NCBI GenBank assembly: GCA_045637205.1 | Contig: JAZTYY010000082.1 | Coordinates: 8,822 to 72,821, forward strand | Reading direction: 5' to 3' | Length of the DNA stretch: 64,000 bases | Source of the DNA: Eubacteriales bacterium | Lineage (GTDB): Bacteria; Bacillota; Clostridia; Oscillospirales; CAG-272 | Shown here: positions 19,246-26,746 of the stretch, in pieces | Layout: each line of letters begins with the position of its first letter | How positions within the stretch are numbered: the first letter of the stretch is position 1 | The notes under the pieces: model-generated | What the model was told of the DNA's origin: nothing | The model's input: the letters and a program-made list of their open reading frames with translations, nothing else | Database searches by the model: none | Translations under genes and position numbers: made by a program

Positions 19246-20529
19246 ATGAAGCTTAATGAACTCAAAAATTCAATAAATAACGGTGAATTTGATTCTAAAT
19301 TTGTGTCTCTTTACGATGCATCTGTAGTTGATGTTCAAAGGGAGAGATACGTTTCTGCATTGAATAGCTTTGCTTTACTTTTCGGTGAGGACAGGGATGT
19401 AAATATCTACTCTGTTTCGGGAAGAAGTGAGCTTGCAGGTAACCACACCGACCACAATCACGGCAAGGTTATTGCGGCATCCATAAATCTTGATATAATT
19501 GCAGTTGCCTCTAAGAACGGTACAACAACAATCAACCTTAAAAGTGACGGCTTTAAAAAGCTTTCAATAGATTACACGGAATACAATAAGCCCAATGAAA
19601 GACATTTTGGAACAAGCGCTTCTCTTATTGCGGGAATGGCTAACGGCTTTCTTTCAAATGGTCATAACGTGGGGGGCTTTGATGCATATTGCACTTCAAA
19701 TGTACTGCGTGGATCCGGTCTCTCATCAAGTGCCGCATTTGAGGATATGATTGGAAATATTCTCAATCACGAATTCAATCAAGGCTCAGTTTCAAGCGTT
19801 GAAATTGCACAGCTTTCACAGTATGCTGAGAACGTGTATTTTGGTAAACCCTGTGGACTTATGGATCAGGTTGCATGTGCTTACGGTGGCATGGTTTCAA
19901 TTGATTTTGAGGATACAAAAAAACCTAAAATTGAGAAGATAGATTTTGATTTAAGTAAGGCAGGATATAATCTTTGCATCGTTGATACGGGTGGAAATCA
20001 TGCTGATTTGACTGATGATTATGCTTCCGTACCTGCCGAAATGAAGGCAGTTGCAAACATTTTGGGCAAATCAGTTCTTCGCGAGTGTAATAGAGGTGAC
20101 GTTATTGCGCATACTACTGAAATTCGAGAAAAATGCGGTGACCGTGCGCTTATGCGAGCAATTCATTTTTTTGATGAAAACGATCGCGTTGATGCCATGA
20201 AAAATTCTTTAGCAAACGGTGATTTGAATGCCTATTTTGTCGACGTTTTGGCGTCAGGAAAATCATCATTTTGCTATTTGCAAAACGTATATACAACAAA
20301 AAATGTTGCCGAGCAGGGGCTCTCGTTGGCGCTTTGCTTGACCGAAGGATTTTTGCGCGATAGAGAAGGGGCCTTCCGTGTTCACGGAGGTGGCTTTGCC
20401 GGAACGATTCAAGCATATGTTAAGGAAAGCGATGCAAACGATTATCGCGCCTTGATGAATTCAGTGTTTGGTGAGGGAGCATGCTATATTCTTCGCGTAA
20501 GACCTGACGGCGCAATAAAGGTGAACTAA
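19246..20529 (+). CDS. galK: Galactokinase-family GHMP kinase
   Basis: The galactokinase signature variant GRSELAGNHTDHNHG and the GHMP motif GSGLSSSAAFE are present. I chose the ATG at 19246 (GAGGAGG RBS) over 19174. Confidence 0.8.
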   Translation: MKLNELKNSINNGEFDSKFVSLYDASVVDVQRERYVSALNSFALLFGEDRDVNIYSVSGRSELAGNHTDHNHGKVIAASINLDIIAVASKNGTTTINLKSDGFKKLSIDYTEYNKPNERHFGTSASLIAGMANGFLSNGHNVGGFDAYCTSNVLRGSGLSSSAAFEDMIGNILNHEFNQGSVSSVEIAQLSQYAENVYFGKPCGLMDQVACAYGGMVSIDFEDTKKPKIEKIDFDLSKAGYNLCIVDTGGNHADLTDDYASVPAEMKAVANILGKSVLRECNRGDVIAHTTEIREKCGDRALMRAIHFFDENDRVDAMKNSLANGDLNAYFVDVLASGKSSFCYLQNVYTTKNVAEQGLSLALCLTEGFLRDREGAFRVHGGGFAGTIQAYVKESDANDYRALMNSVFGEGACYILRVRPDGAIKVN

Positions 20530-21305
20530 TGGAAAATAATTATTCAATAACAGCGCTCTATTCAGGCTCGAAGGGAAATTCGGTGCTAATTGAGAGCGCA
20601 AAAGCAAAAATTTTAATAGATGCAGGCAAGAGTGCGCGTGCGCTTTGTACGGCTCTTTCTGAGGTTGGCACAAGTATTGATGAAATAGATGCCATCTTTA
20701 TAACACACGAGCATCGCGACCACGTTTCAGCACTTGAGATTCTTTTAAAGCATCACAAAATACCCGTGCATATTGTAGAAGCAAGTGCCCAAAAGATGAT
20801 TTCAAAGGGTCTTGTTGATTTTGATGAAGTCGTTTGTTTACATACTCCCATATTTTCAGTTGAAATTGAGGATATGACTATTAAGAGCTTTCCAACTCCT
20901 CATGATAGTGAATGTTCAGTTGGATATACCATAAAAATCGGTGATAAGACCATCGGATATGCCACCGATATTGGCTTTGTATCTGATGAAATAAAGAATG
21001 CACTCACAGGCTGTGAAAGTGTGGTAATTGAGTGTAATCACGATATAGAAAAGCTTATGAACGGTCCTTATCCGTACGATTTGAAGCTTAGAATCAAATC
21101 TAATAAGGGGCACCTTTCAAATATCGATTGTTCAAGCTTTGTAAGTGATCTTTGCTTTGTGGGAACAAAAAACGTGTTGCTTGCCCATCTTAGTGAGGAA
21201 AATAACGAGATTGACCTTGCTTTTGACGAGGTTTGGAGTGCAATTGCGGACGATTCAATCAATCTAAAGGTCGCTGAGCAAAATAGAGCTGTAAAGTTGG
21301 TGTAG
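20529..21305 (+). CDS. MBL-fold metallo-hydrolase
   Basis: 258 aa with the THEHRDH metal-binding motif. Its start overlaps the galK stop (TAATG). Confidence 0.8.
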   Translation: MENNYSITALYSGSKGNSVLIESAKAKILIDAGKSARALCTALSEVGTSIDEIDAIFITHEHRDHVSALEILLKHHKIPVHIVEASAQKMISKGLVDFDEVVCLHTPIFSVEIEDMTIKSFPTPHDSECSVGYTIKIGDKTIGYATDIGFVSDEIKNALTGCESVVIECNHDIEKLMNGPYPYDLKLRIKSNKGHLSNIDCSSFVSDLCFVGTKNVLLAHLSEENNEIDLAFDEVWSAIADDSINLKVAEQNRAVKLV

Positions 21306-21308
21306 CAT

Positions 21309-21788
21309 ATGTTAAACGTTAAAATATACGTCACGGGAACACTCAAGGAACAATACTATAAAGACGCGATTGCCGAATATAAAAAGCGCCTTAACGCGTA
21401 TTGTAAGCTTGAAATAATTGAATATAAGGAGTATAAACTCCCCGATGAGCCATCTCAAAAGCAAATTGAACAGGCGCTTATATCCGAGGGGCAAAAAATT
21501 CTTGCGGATATATCTCCAAGAGCATATAAAATTGCGATGTGCGTTGAGGGAAAACAGCTTTCAAGTGAGGAATTTGCTGAAAAGCTTGATTCAATTGCTT
21601 CTACACACGGGGAGGTAGCGCTCATTATAGGAAGCTCTTTTGGACTTTCAGAGGAGCTTAAGCGCGCGTGCGATTTTCGTATGTCGGTTTCAAAAATGAC
21701 GCTTACCCATCAAATGCTCCGCGTGTGGCTTGTGGAGATAATCTATAGATGCCTTAGCATTACACACGGCGGAAAATATCACAAATAA
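21309..21788 (+). CDS. rlmH: 23S rRNA (pseudouridine1915-N3)-methyltransferase
   Basis: 159 aa. It has the SPOUT fold with an RlmH-typical C-terminus: IGSSFGLSEE..SKMTLTHQMLRVWLVEIIYR. Confidence 0.9.
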   Translation: MLNVKIYVTGTLKEQYYKDAIAEYKKRLNAYCKLEIIEYKEYKLPDEPSQKQIEQALISEGQKILADISPRAYKIAMCVEGKQLSSEEFAEKLDSIASTHGEVALIIGSSFGLSEELKRACDFRMSVSKMTLTHQMLRVWLVEIIYRCLSITHGGKYHK

Positions 21789-21802
21789 GACGAGGAAATA
21801 TT

Positions 21803-22384
21803 ATGGTAATCGAAACAAAAAGACTTGTTTTAAGAGAATATAGACAAGAGGATTTTGAGGACCTGTGCTCTATAATTACCGATGCTGAAACAATGAAATA
21901 TTATGTTCGTCCATATGATGAGAGAGGAGTTCAGCGCTGGCTTGATTGGTGTATCGGAAGCTATAGGGATAACGGCTTTGGACTTTGGGCTATGGAGCTT
22001 AAGGAAAGCGGTGAATTCATTGGCGATTGTGGAATTTCCCTTCAAAAAATAGACGGTGAGATTTTGCCCGAAATTGGTTATCATATCAACAAAAAGCATT
22101 GGAGAAACGGATACGGTAAGGAAGCCGCCGCTGCCGTGCGCGATTGGTTGTTTAATAATACCGAATATGAGCGCGCGTATTCATATATGAATAAGGAGAA
22201 CGTGGCATCCTATTCCACTGCTGCCTCAATTGGAATGAAGAAGATTAAGGAATACAACGACGGTGAAGAGGATTTGTTTGTATATTCCATTTCACGAGAA
22301 GAATGGCAAATTTTGAAAAATAAGGAGAAGGCGATGAATACATTTGGATGCAATTTTCAGCAGAAAATCAACAAGAGCATATAA
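21803..22384 (+). CDS. GNAT-family N-acetyltransferase (RimJ/RimL-like)
   Basis: 193 aa. Motifs present are RLVLREYRQEDFEDL and HWRNGYGKEAAAAV (the acetyl-CoA binding motif A). Confidence 0.8.
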   Translation: MVIETKRLVLREYRQEDFEDLCSIITDAETMKYYVRPYDERGVQRWLDWCIGSYRDNGFGLWAMELKESGEFIGDCGISLQKIDGEILPEIGYHINKKHWRNGYGKEAAAAVRDWLFNNTEYERAYSYMNKENVASYSTAASIGMKKIKEYNDGEEDLFVYSISREEWQILKNKEKAMNTFGCNFQQKINKSI

Positions 22385-22859
22385 AAACGAGCAAATTTCA
22401 GAGGAGAGCTTGCAAACCATTTTGAAGGCAGGAGCTTCGGCGCCAATCGGAATGGGTAGATATGACACCTTGCATATGACTGTAATTCAAAACGATGAAT
22501 TGCTTGTCAAAATTTTTGATGAGGCTGAGGATGTTATGTTCAAGGCAACCGGCATGCGCAAAAATATGAACTTTGGTGCAAAGACTGTTGTACTTGTTTC
22601 TTCAATGCCTGCCTATAGAGAGGGAATTGATTATGCACATGCGGGATTTGTGATTGAGAATATGGTAATTGCCGCAACCTCACTTGGCATTGACAGTGTA
22701 GTTTTGGGTGGACCCATCTCCGCAATTACGGGCAGTGAGGAGATAATGCAAGCACTCAGCGTGCCAAATGGCTTTACACCCTTGCTTGCAGTTGCTTTTG
22801 GATACGGTGTTGAAGATGCACCTGCTAAAGAGCACACAATTACAGTAAATAGAGTGTAA
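22344..22859 (+). CDS. Nitroreductase-family protein
   Basis: 171 aa with an IFSRKSTRAYK N-terminal motif. It starts at a TTG and overlaps the upstream GNAT gene by 41 nt in a different frame. Confidence 0.75.
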   Translation: MDAIFSRKSTRAYKNEQISEESLQTILKAGASAPIGMGRYDTLHMTVIQNDELLVKIFDEAEDVMFKATGMRKNMNFGAKTVVLVSSMPAYREGIDYAHAGFVIENMVIAATSLGIDSVVLGGPISAITGSEEIMQALSVPNGFTPLLAVAFGYGVEDAPAKEHTITVNRV

Positions 22860-22885
22860 TTTTACGGTTATTATTATATAAGAAG

Positions 22886-22916
22886 AAAAGCCCAAACGGT
22901 TGCGTTTGGGCTTTTC
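22886..22916 (+). terminator. Rho-independent terminator
   Basis: GCCCAAACG-gttg-CGTTTGGGC is followed by TTTT. Confidence 0.85.
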
Positions 22917-23011
22917 ATCTAAATTTTGGAATTAAAAGTTAATATTTTAACGACATTATTCATCTTTTTGCACAAAAATTCGCTATATTATATTAATATT
23001 AGACAAAATCG

Positions 23012-23040
23012 TTGACATAATTGGCAAATGGTGGTATAAT
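23012..23040 (+). promoter_or_regulatory. Consensus sigma-A promoter of the TetR-SipW operon
   Basis: TTGACA (23012-23017), exactly 17 nt of spacer, then TGgTATAAT with TATAAT at 23035-23040. The region upstream is AT-rich. Confidence 0.8.
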
Positions 23041-23074
23041 ACTCATACTGTGACAATTAAGATTGAAGATTTAA

Positions 23075-23099
23075 CTCCACGTTGTGGAGCATATTTTTT
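23075..23099 (+). promoter_or_regulatory. Short hairpin plus U-tract in the operon leader (possible attenuator)
   Basis: CTCCAC-gtt-GTGGAG is followed by CATATTTTTT, about 30 nt downstream of the predicted transcription start. Confidence 0.35.
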
Positions 23100-23137
23100 C
23101 GGACGTTTGTAGTATTTGCTACAAGTTTATAGTATGC

Positions 23138-23167
23138 GTACAGTACAGTACAGTACAGTACAGTACA
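23138..23167 (+). repeat. Pentanucleotide tandem repeat (GTACA) x6 in the operon leader
   Basis: gtacagtacagtacagtacagtacagtaca is read directly. It lies between the promoter and the RBS of the TetR gene. Confidence 0.95.
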
Positions 23168-23206
23168 GCCGTATACAGAACTTATCTTTTGTTTAAGGAG
23201 GAAAAA

Positions 23207-23827
23207 ATGAAAAATGAACAAGAGATTCGAGAAGTTCTGATGAGTAATACTATAAGGCTTATTGCTGAGGGGGGCTTTGAAAAGGCAACCACAAAGGCAA
23301 TAACGCATAGTGGGGAATTACCATCCGATGTGAAAATGAATGAGGTGCACATTTACCGACTGTTTGGTAGCAAAGAGGGGCTTTACTCATTTGTGTTTGA
23401 TCACATTGACAGGGAGATATTCTTTGCTCTTAAAAGGTGCTTTGAGTCACACAAAAACGAAGAGTGTGACACAAAGGTAATGCTTAGCGGGGTCTTTAAT
23501 GACGCGTGGAGATATCTTTTAAGAAATGAGGGGCATTGTCGATGCTATATCCGATATTATCATTCGGTATATTTTAAGGACAAGTCCTTGAGTAATCATA
23601 ACGAACTTTTTGAAGGAATAATTACGGAATTCAGCCCACTGTTTAAAGAGGGCACGGATGTAAAATCCGTTATGCATAGCACGTTTACCACCGTGCTTGA
23701 CTTTGCCGTTAGAGTTTATAACGGTGACCTAAAAAATACTGAAACAAATGCTGAACACATATTCAACGTTGTTTATAGCATGATGTTTATGTATCTTAAA
23801 ACTGATAGTAATTTAAGAACTATATAA
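23207..23827 (+). CDS. TetR/AcrR-family transcriptional regulator
   Basis: The N-terminal HTH is VLMSNTIRLIAEGGFEKATTKAITHSG. I chose the ATG at 23207 (AAGGAGG RBS) over 23084, which would read through the repeat. Confidence 0.8.
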   Translation: MKNEQEIREVLMSNTIRLIAEGGFEKATTKAITHSGELPSDVKMNEVHIYRLFGSKEGLYSFVFDHIDREIFFALKRCFESHKNEECDTKVMLSGVFNDAWRYLLRNEGHCRCYIRYYHSVYFKDKSLSNHNELFEGIITEFSPLFKEGTDVKSVMHSTFTTVLDFAVRVYNGDLKNTETNAEHIFNVVYSMMFMYLKTDSNLRTI

Positions 23828-23846
23828 AAATTGAGAGGAAAAAATT

Positions 23847-24521
23847 ATGAAAACCAACAATTCAACAAGCAAGACACAAAAGGCCTTAACAATAATTGGT
23901 ATCTTATTGTGCGTAATACTCGTACCGATATTGATTATTAACTGTATTTTGATTGTTAAGAGCTTAGTTTACAAGGATGAAGTGCCAAGCATCGGTGGAA
24001 CAATGCCATTCATCGTATTGACTGACTCCATGTATCCTGACATTAAGAGTGGTGACATTATTATTTGTAAAGAGGTTGACCCGAAGGATATTGAGGTAGG
24101 AGACGTTATCTCCTTCTATGATCCCGAAGGAAACGGAACTTCAGTTGTAACCCATAAGGTTATTAAAATCATTGAAGATGAAGGCAAGCTTTATTTCGTT
24201 ACACAAGGTACTAACAATAATACTCAGGATAAGGCATCAGTTCCTGAAGATAAGGTAATTGCCGAATACACAGGCACAAGAATTCCTTATGCAGGTAATA
24301 TTGCACTCTTTATGCAAAGACCTGAAGGACTTATCATTTGCGTTGGTGTACCGATTGTACTTTTCGTGGGATATGATATGATTCGTCGCAAGAAGTACGA
24401 AAAGAAGAAGGGTGACGATATGGAAGCCCTTAAGGCAGAGCTTGAAGCGCTTAAGGCAGCAAATGCCACAAAGGAAACACCTGCTGAAGCTCCTGCAGAA
24501 GAACCCTCAGCTGAGGAATAA
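23847..24521 (+). CDS. Signal peptidase I, ER/archaeal (SipW-like, S26B) type, paralog 1
   Basis: 224 aa. There is an N-terminal TM, a Ser box LTDSMYPDIKSGD and a His box VVTHKVIKI. A C-terminal TM is followed by a charged tail, KKKGDDMEALKAELEALKAANATKETPAEAPAEEPSAEE. The conserved GDxN box reads GTNN. Confidence 0.8.
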   Translation: MKTNNSTSKTQKALTIIGILLCVILVPILIINCILIVKSLVYKDEVPSIGGTMPFIVLTDSMYPDIKSGDIIICKEVDPKDIEVGDVISFYDPEGNGTSVVTHKVIKIIEDEGKLYFVTQGTNNNTQDKASVPEDKVIAEYTGTRIPYAGNIALFMQRPEGLIICVGVPIVLFVGYDMIRRKKYEKKKGDDMEALKAELEALKAANATKETPAEAPAEEPSAEE

Positions 24522-24728
24522 TTAGTTAATTAAAGAATGGCAAATTCCATTCTATTAATTCAGATGTCCTTCCCTCGGAAGCCACGTCCGGGGATCGAAT
24601 ATAAATTGCCGCAATGGGGCTTTTTGAAGGAAAAAGTCCATTGAAAAGTCCCGACATTGCCGGGCAAGTTAACTTTCCCCGAACAAGGGAAGAATAAAAA
24701 AATTTCATATTGAAAGGAAAATTTTATT

Positions 24729-25385
24729 ATGAAGACAAACAAAATGATGAGAATCGCTTCCATTCTCTTGGTAGCAGTACTTCTTTCCATCTGTGTAATC
24801 AGTGGAACATTCGCAAAGTATACAACAAGTGTTAGCTCCGATGACTCTGCAAGAGTAGCTTACTGGGGATTCCAGAGAACAAACTCTATTGATATCACAG
24901 ATCTTTTTGATTCAGCTTATGATCTTGGCACAGGCGAAACAGTTAAGTCTGAAGATGGCGATGACGTAATCGCTCCCGGTACAACAGGTTCTGAAACTTT
25001 CGTATTCGCATATGATGAAACAAACGCACAGGCTCCCGAAGTAGCTTACACATTCACAGTATCTGTAGCTGGTAGTGAATGCGCTCAGTCCATCCAGGAC
25101 AACGCTAACATCCAGTGGAAGCTTGATAACGGCGCATGGGGAACATGGGAACAACTTTTGGATTCCATTAAGCTCCTCTCCGGTGAAGCTGATGGTTCTG
25201 TAGATTACATGCCTGGCCAGCTTCCTGCTGCTTTCACAACAGCTGATGACGAACACACAGTTTCTTGGCAGTGGCTTATCGGTGATTCCGATGCAGCAAA
25301 CGATGCTGACACAACTATGGGTAACGCAGGAACACTTGCTGAAGTTAAGCTCGTTATCACAATCACAGCAACTCAGATCGACTAA
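24729..25385 (+). CDS. SipW-substrate-type secreted protein; candidate major fibre subunit (TasA/BsaA/camelysin-like)
   Basis: 218 aa. The signal is MKTNKMMRIASILLVAVLLSICVISGTFAKYTTS, which resembles the GTxAyFtd SipW-cognate class. Further motifs are VIAPGTTGSETFVFAY and SWQW..D..MG..VKLVITITATQ. Codon choice resembles that of highly expressed genes, and a hairpin follows the gene. Confidence 0.65.
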   Translation: MKTNKMMRIASILLVAVLLSICVISGTFAKYTTSVSSDDSARVAYWGFQRTNSIDITDLFDSAYDLGTGETVKSEDGDDVIAPGTTGSETFVFAYDETNAQAPEVAYTFTVSVAGSECAQSIQDNANIQWKLDNGAWGTWEQLLDSIKLLSGEADGSVDYMPGQLPAAFTTADDEHTVSWQWLIGDSDAANDADTTMGNAGTLAEVKLVITITATQID

Positions 25386-25438
25386 TTTTTAAATCTTTTT
25401 AAGTTCATATTATATAAATTCTAGCTAATTAATTTTTA

Positions 25439-25481
25439 GCCCCCCGCCCCTTCGTGGCAGGGGTGGGGGCAAAGAATTTTT
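25439..25481 (+). terminator. GC-rich hairpin after the candidate major-subunit gene (probable partial or intra-operon terminator)
   Basis: GCCCCCCGCCCC-ttcgtggca-GGGGTGGGGGC forms 11 bp with one bulge and is followed by AAAGAATTTTT. Confidence 0.6.
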
Positions 25482-25493
25482 AACCCTTTATTG

Positions 25494-25513
25494 CACTTGA
25501 AATTGTTCAAGTG
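25494..25513 (+). promoter_or_regulatory. Perfect 8+4+8 palindrome (candidate operator) ahead of the distal gene block
   Basis: CACTTGAA-attg-TTCAAGTG sits 55 nt upstream of the ATG at 25568. Confidence 0.4.
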
Positions 25514-25567
25514 TGTTCAAGGTTTAACAATTTTTGTTAGCTTTTCACAGTAAAAAGGAGCAAATCC

Positions 25568-26746
25568 ATGTCTAAAAACTCAAACACAGACTTAAAAACA
25601 ATATTCAATAAAATATGGGCAAAGACGAAGGATATCTCCAAAAAGGCATTTAACGGCTTTTTGCATGCTAAGACATTCTGGACTGCCTTTGCGATTTTGG
25701 TTATTCTTTTTATCATAAGCATCGTTGTTCTTTCAATTCAACTTTATGATTTCGTAAAGATTGATGACCGTTCTGTTTCTCTTCGTTCATCTATGGATGA
25801 AAGCCTTAACGTTTTCGCCATGGAATATGAGAACGATAGGGGAGAAATTACCATTAAGGGACAAAACGGTGAAAAGGTGATTGCACCCGGCACAAATGTT
25901 GAGTATACTCTTCGTTTTAGAAACACCGATGACATTGCACTTGATTATACCTTTGTTCCTGAGGTTTCATATACCTCAGAGCATAAGCTTCCCATCTTGG
26001 TTCGTTTGCTTGATCCCAACGATAAGTATATAATAGGTAACGAAACCACTTGGGTTCCCATTGATGAGGTTGATGAAGTTGAGCATAGTGCAACGCTTTT
26101 AGAAAACGAAACTGCTGAATACGTGTTCCAATGGAAGTGGCCATATGAATCCGGTGACGACGAGCATGATTCCTTTTTGGGTTCAGCCGAAGCAGGTGAC
26201 GTTAGTATAAATCTTGCGCTTGCCATTCATGCAACACCAAACACTGATGCTAAGGCCAACGGTGGATTCTTTGCATCTCCCATCGGCAAGCTTGTCGTTC
26301 TTATCATCATCGTTATCCTTCTTGCAATTGCAATTACACTCTTGTTGATTCATATTATCAATAAGAGAAGAGAAAAGAGGGGAGAAGCTCCCATTATTAT
26401 TGAGGTTCCCGTTGTTACACCCGTTATTGAGACAATTTCCCGCGTGATTACACCAAAGGCGGCAAAATATACCGCACAGGGTAAGGTTCATTACGTTAAC
26501 CTTGACCAGCTTGGAGATTTCTTCCACTCAGGTGATAGGGTTACTATTGAAAATCTCAAGCAAAAGGGACTTATTCCTAAAAATGCAAAGAGAATGAAGA
26601 TTTTGGCAAGAGACTCTTACACTCTCGATAAGGCACTCATAATTGAAACTCAAGCAATATCCGCTAATGCTAAAAAGGCAGTAATTGAGGCGGGTGGACG
26701 CGTTGTCATTGTTGATCCCAATGCAAAGGGAGATAAAAAACAGTGA
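25568..26746 (+). CDS. Bitopic/type-I membrane paralog of the fibre subunits with a cytoplasmic uL15 C-terminal-like domain
   Basis: 392 aa. The N-terminus is K-rich, and TM1 spans aa 36-56. The ectodomain carries the VIAPGTNVEYTLRFRN and FQWKW..DD..LG..INLALAIHATP paralog motifs. TM2 spans aa 241-263 and is followed by NKRREKR. The C-terminal domain is described in the next feature. Confidence 0.7.
   Translation: MSKNSNTDLKTIFNKIWAKTKDISKKAFNGFLHAKTFWTAFAILVILFIISIVVLSIQLYDFVKIDDRSVSLRSSMDESLNVFAMEYENDRGEITIKGQNGEKVIAPGTNVEYTLRFRNTDDIALDYTFVPEVSYTSEHKLPILVRLLDPNDKYIIGNETTWVPIDEVDEVEHSATLLENETAEYVFQWKWPYESGDDEHDSFLGSAEAGDVSINLALAIHATPNTDAKANGGFFASPIGKLVVLIIIVILLAIAITLLLIHIINKRREKRGEAPIIIEVPVVTPVIETISRVITPKAAKYTAQGKVHYVNLDQLGDFFHSGDRVTIENLKQKGLIPKNAKRMKILARDSYTLDKALIIETQAISANAKKAVIEAGGRVVIVDPNAKGDKKQ
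26483..26713 (+). other. uL15 (RplO) C-terminal-like domain within the membrane protein
   Basis: KVHYVNLDQLGDFFHSGDRVTIENLKQKGLIPKNAKRMKILARDSYTLDKALIIETQAISANAKKAVIEAGGRVVIV follows the bacterial uL15 C-terminal pattern VNLD.L..(V)T.E.L...G.I....KIL....L.K.L.....S..AK.A.E.AGG, as I recall it from memory. Confidence 0.7.

Noticed and set aside
22344-22384. A GNAT-nitroreductase fusion protein
   Set aside because: The two reading frames differ and each has its own intact start or stop. A fusion would require an indel that is not present in the given sequence.
24522-24728. A c-di-GMP riboswitch (class I or II) in the spacer before the major subunit gene
   Set aside because: I could not find the hallmark GEMM-I elements (the GGCAAACC and ACGCAAAGCC contexts) or a class II pseudoknot signature by eye. 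I kept it only as an unclassified structured leader. It needs a covariance-model scan.
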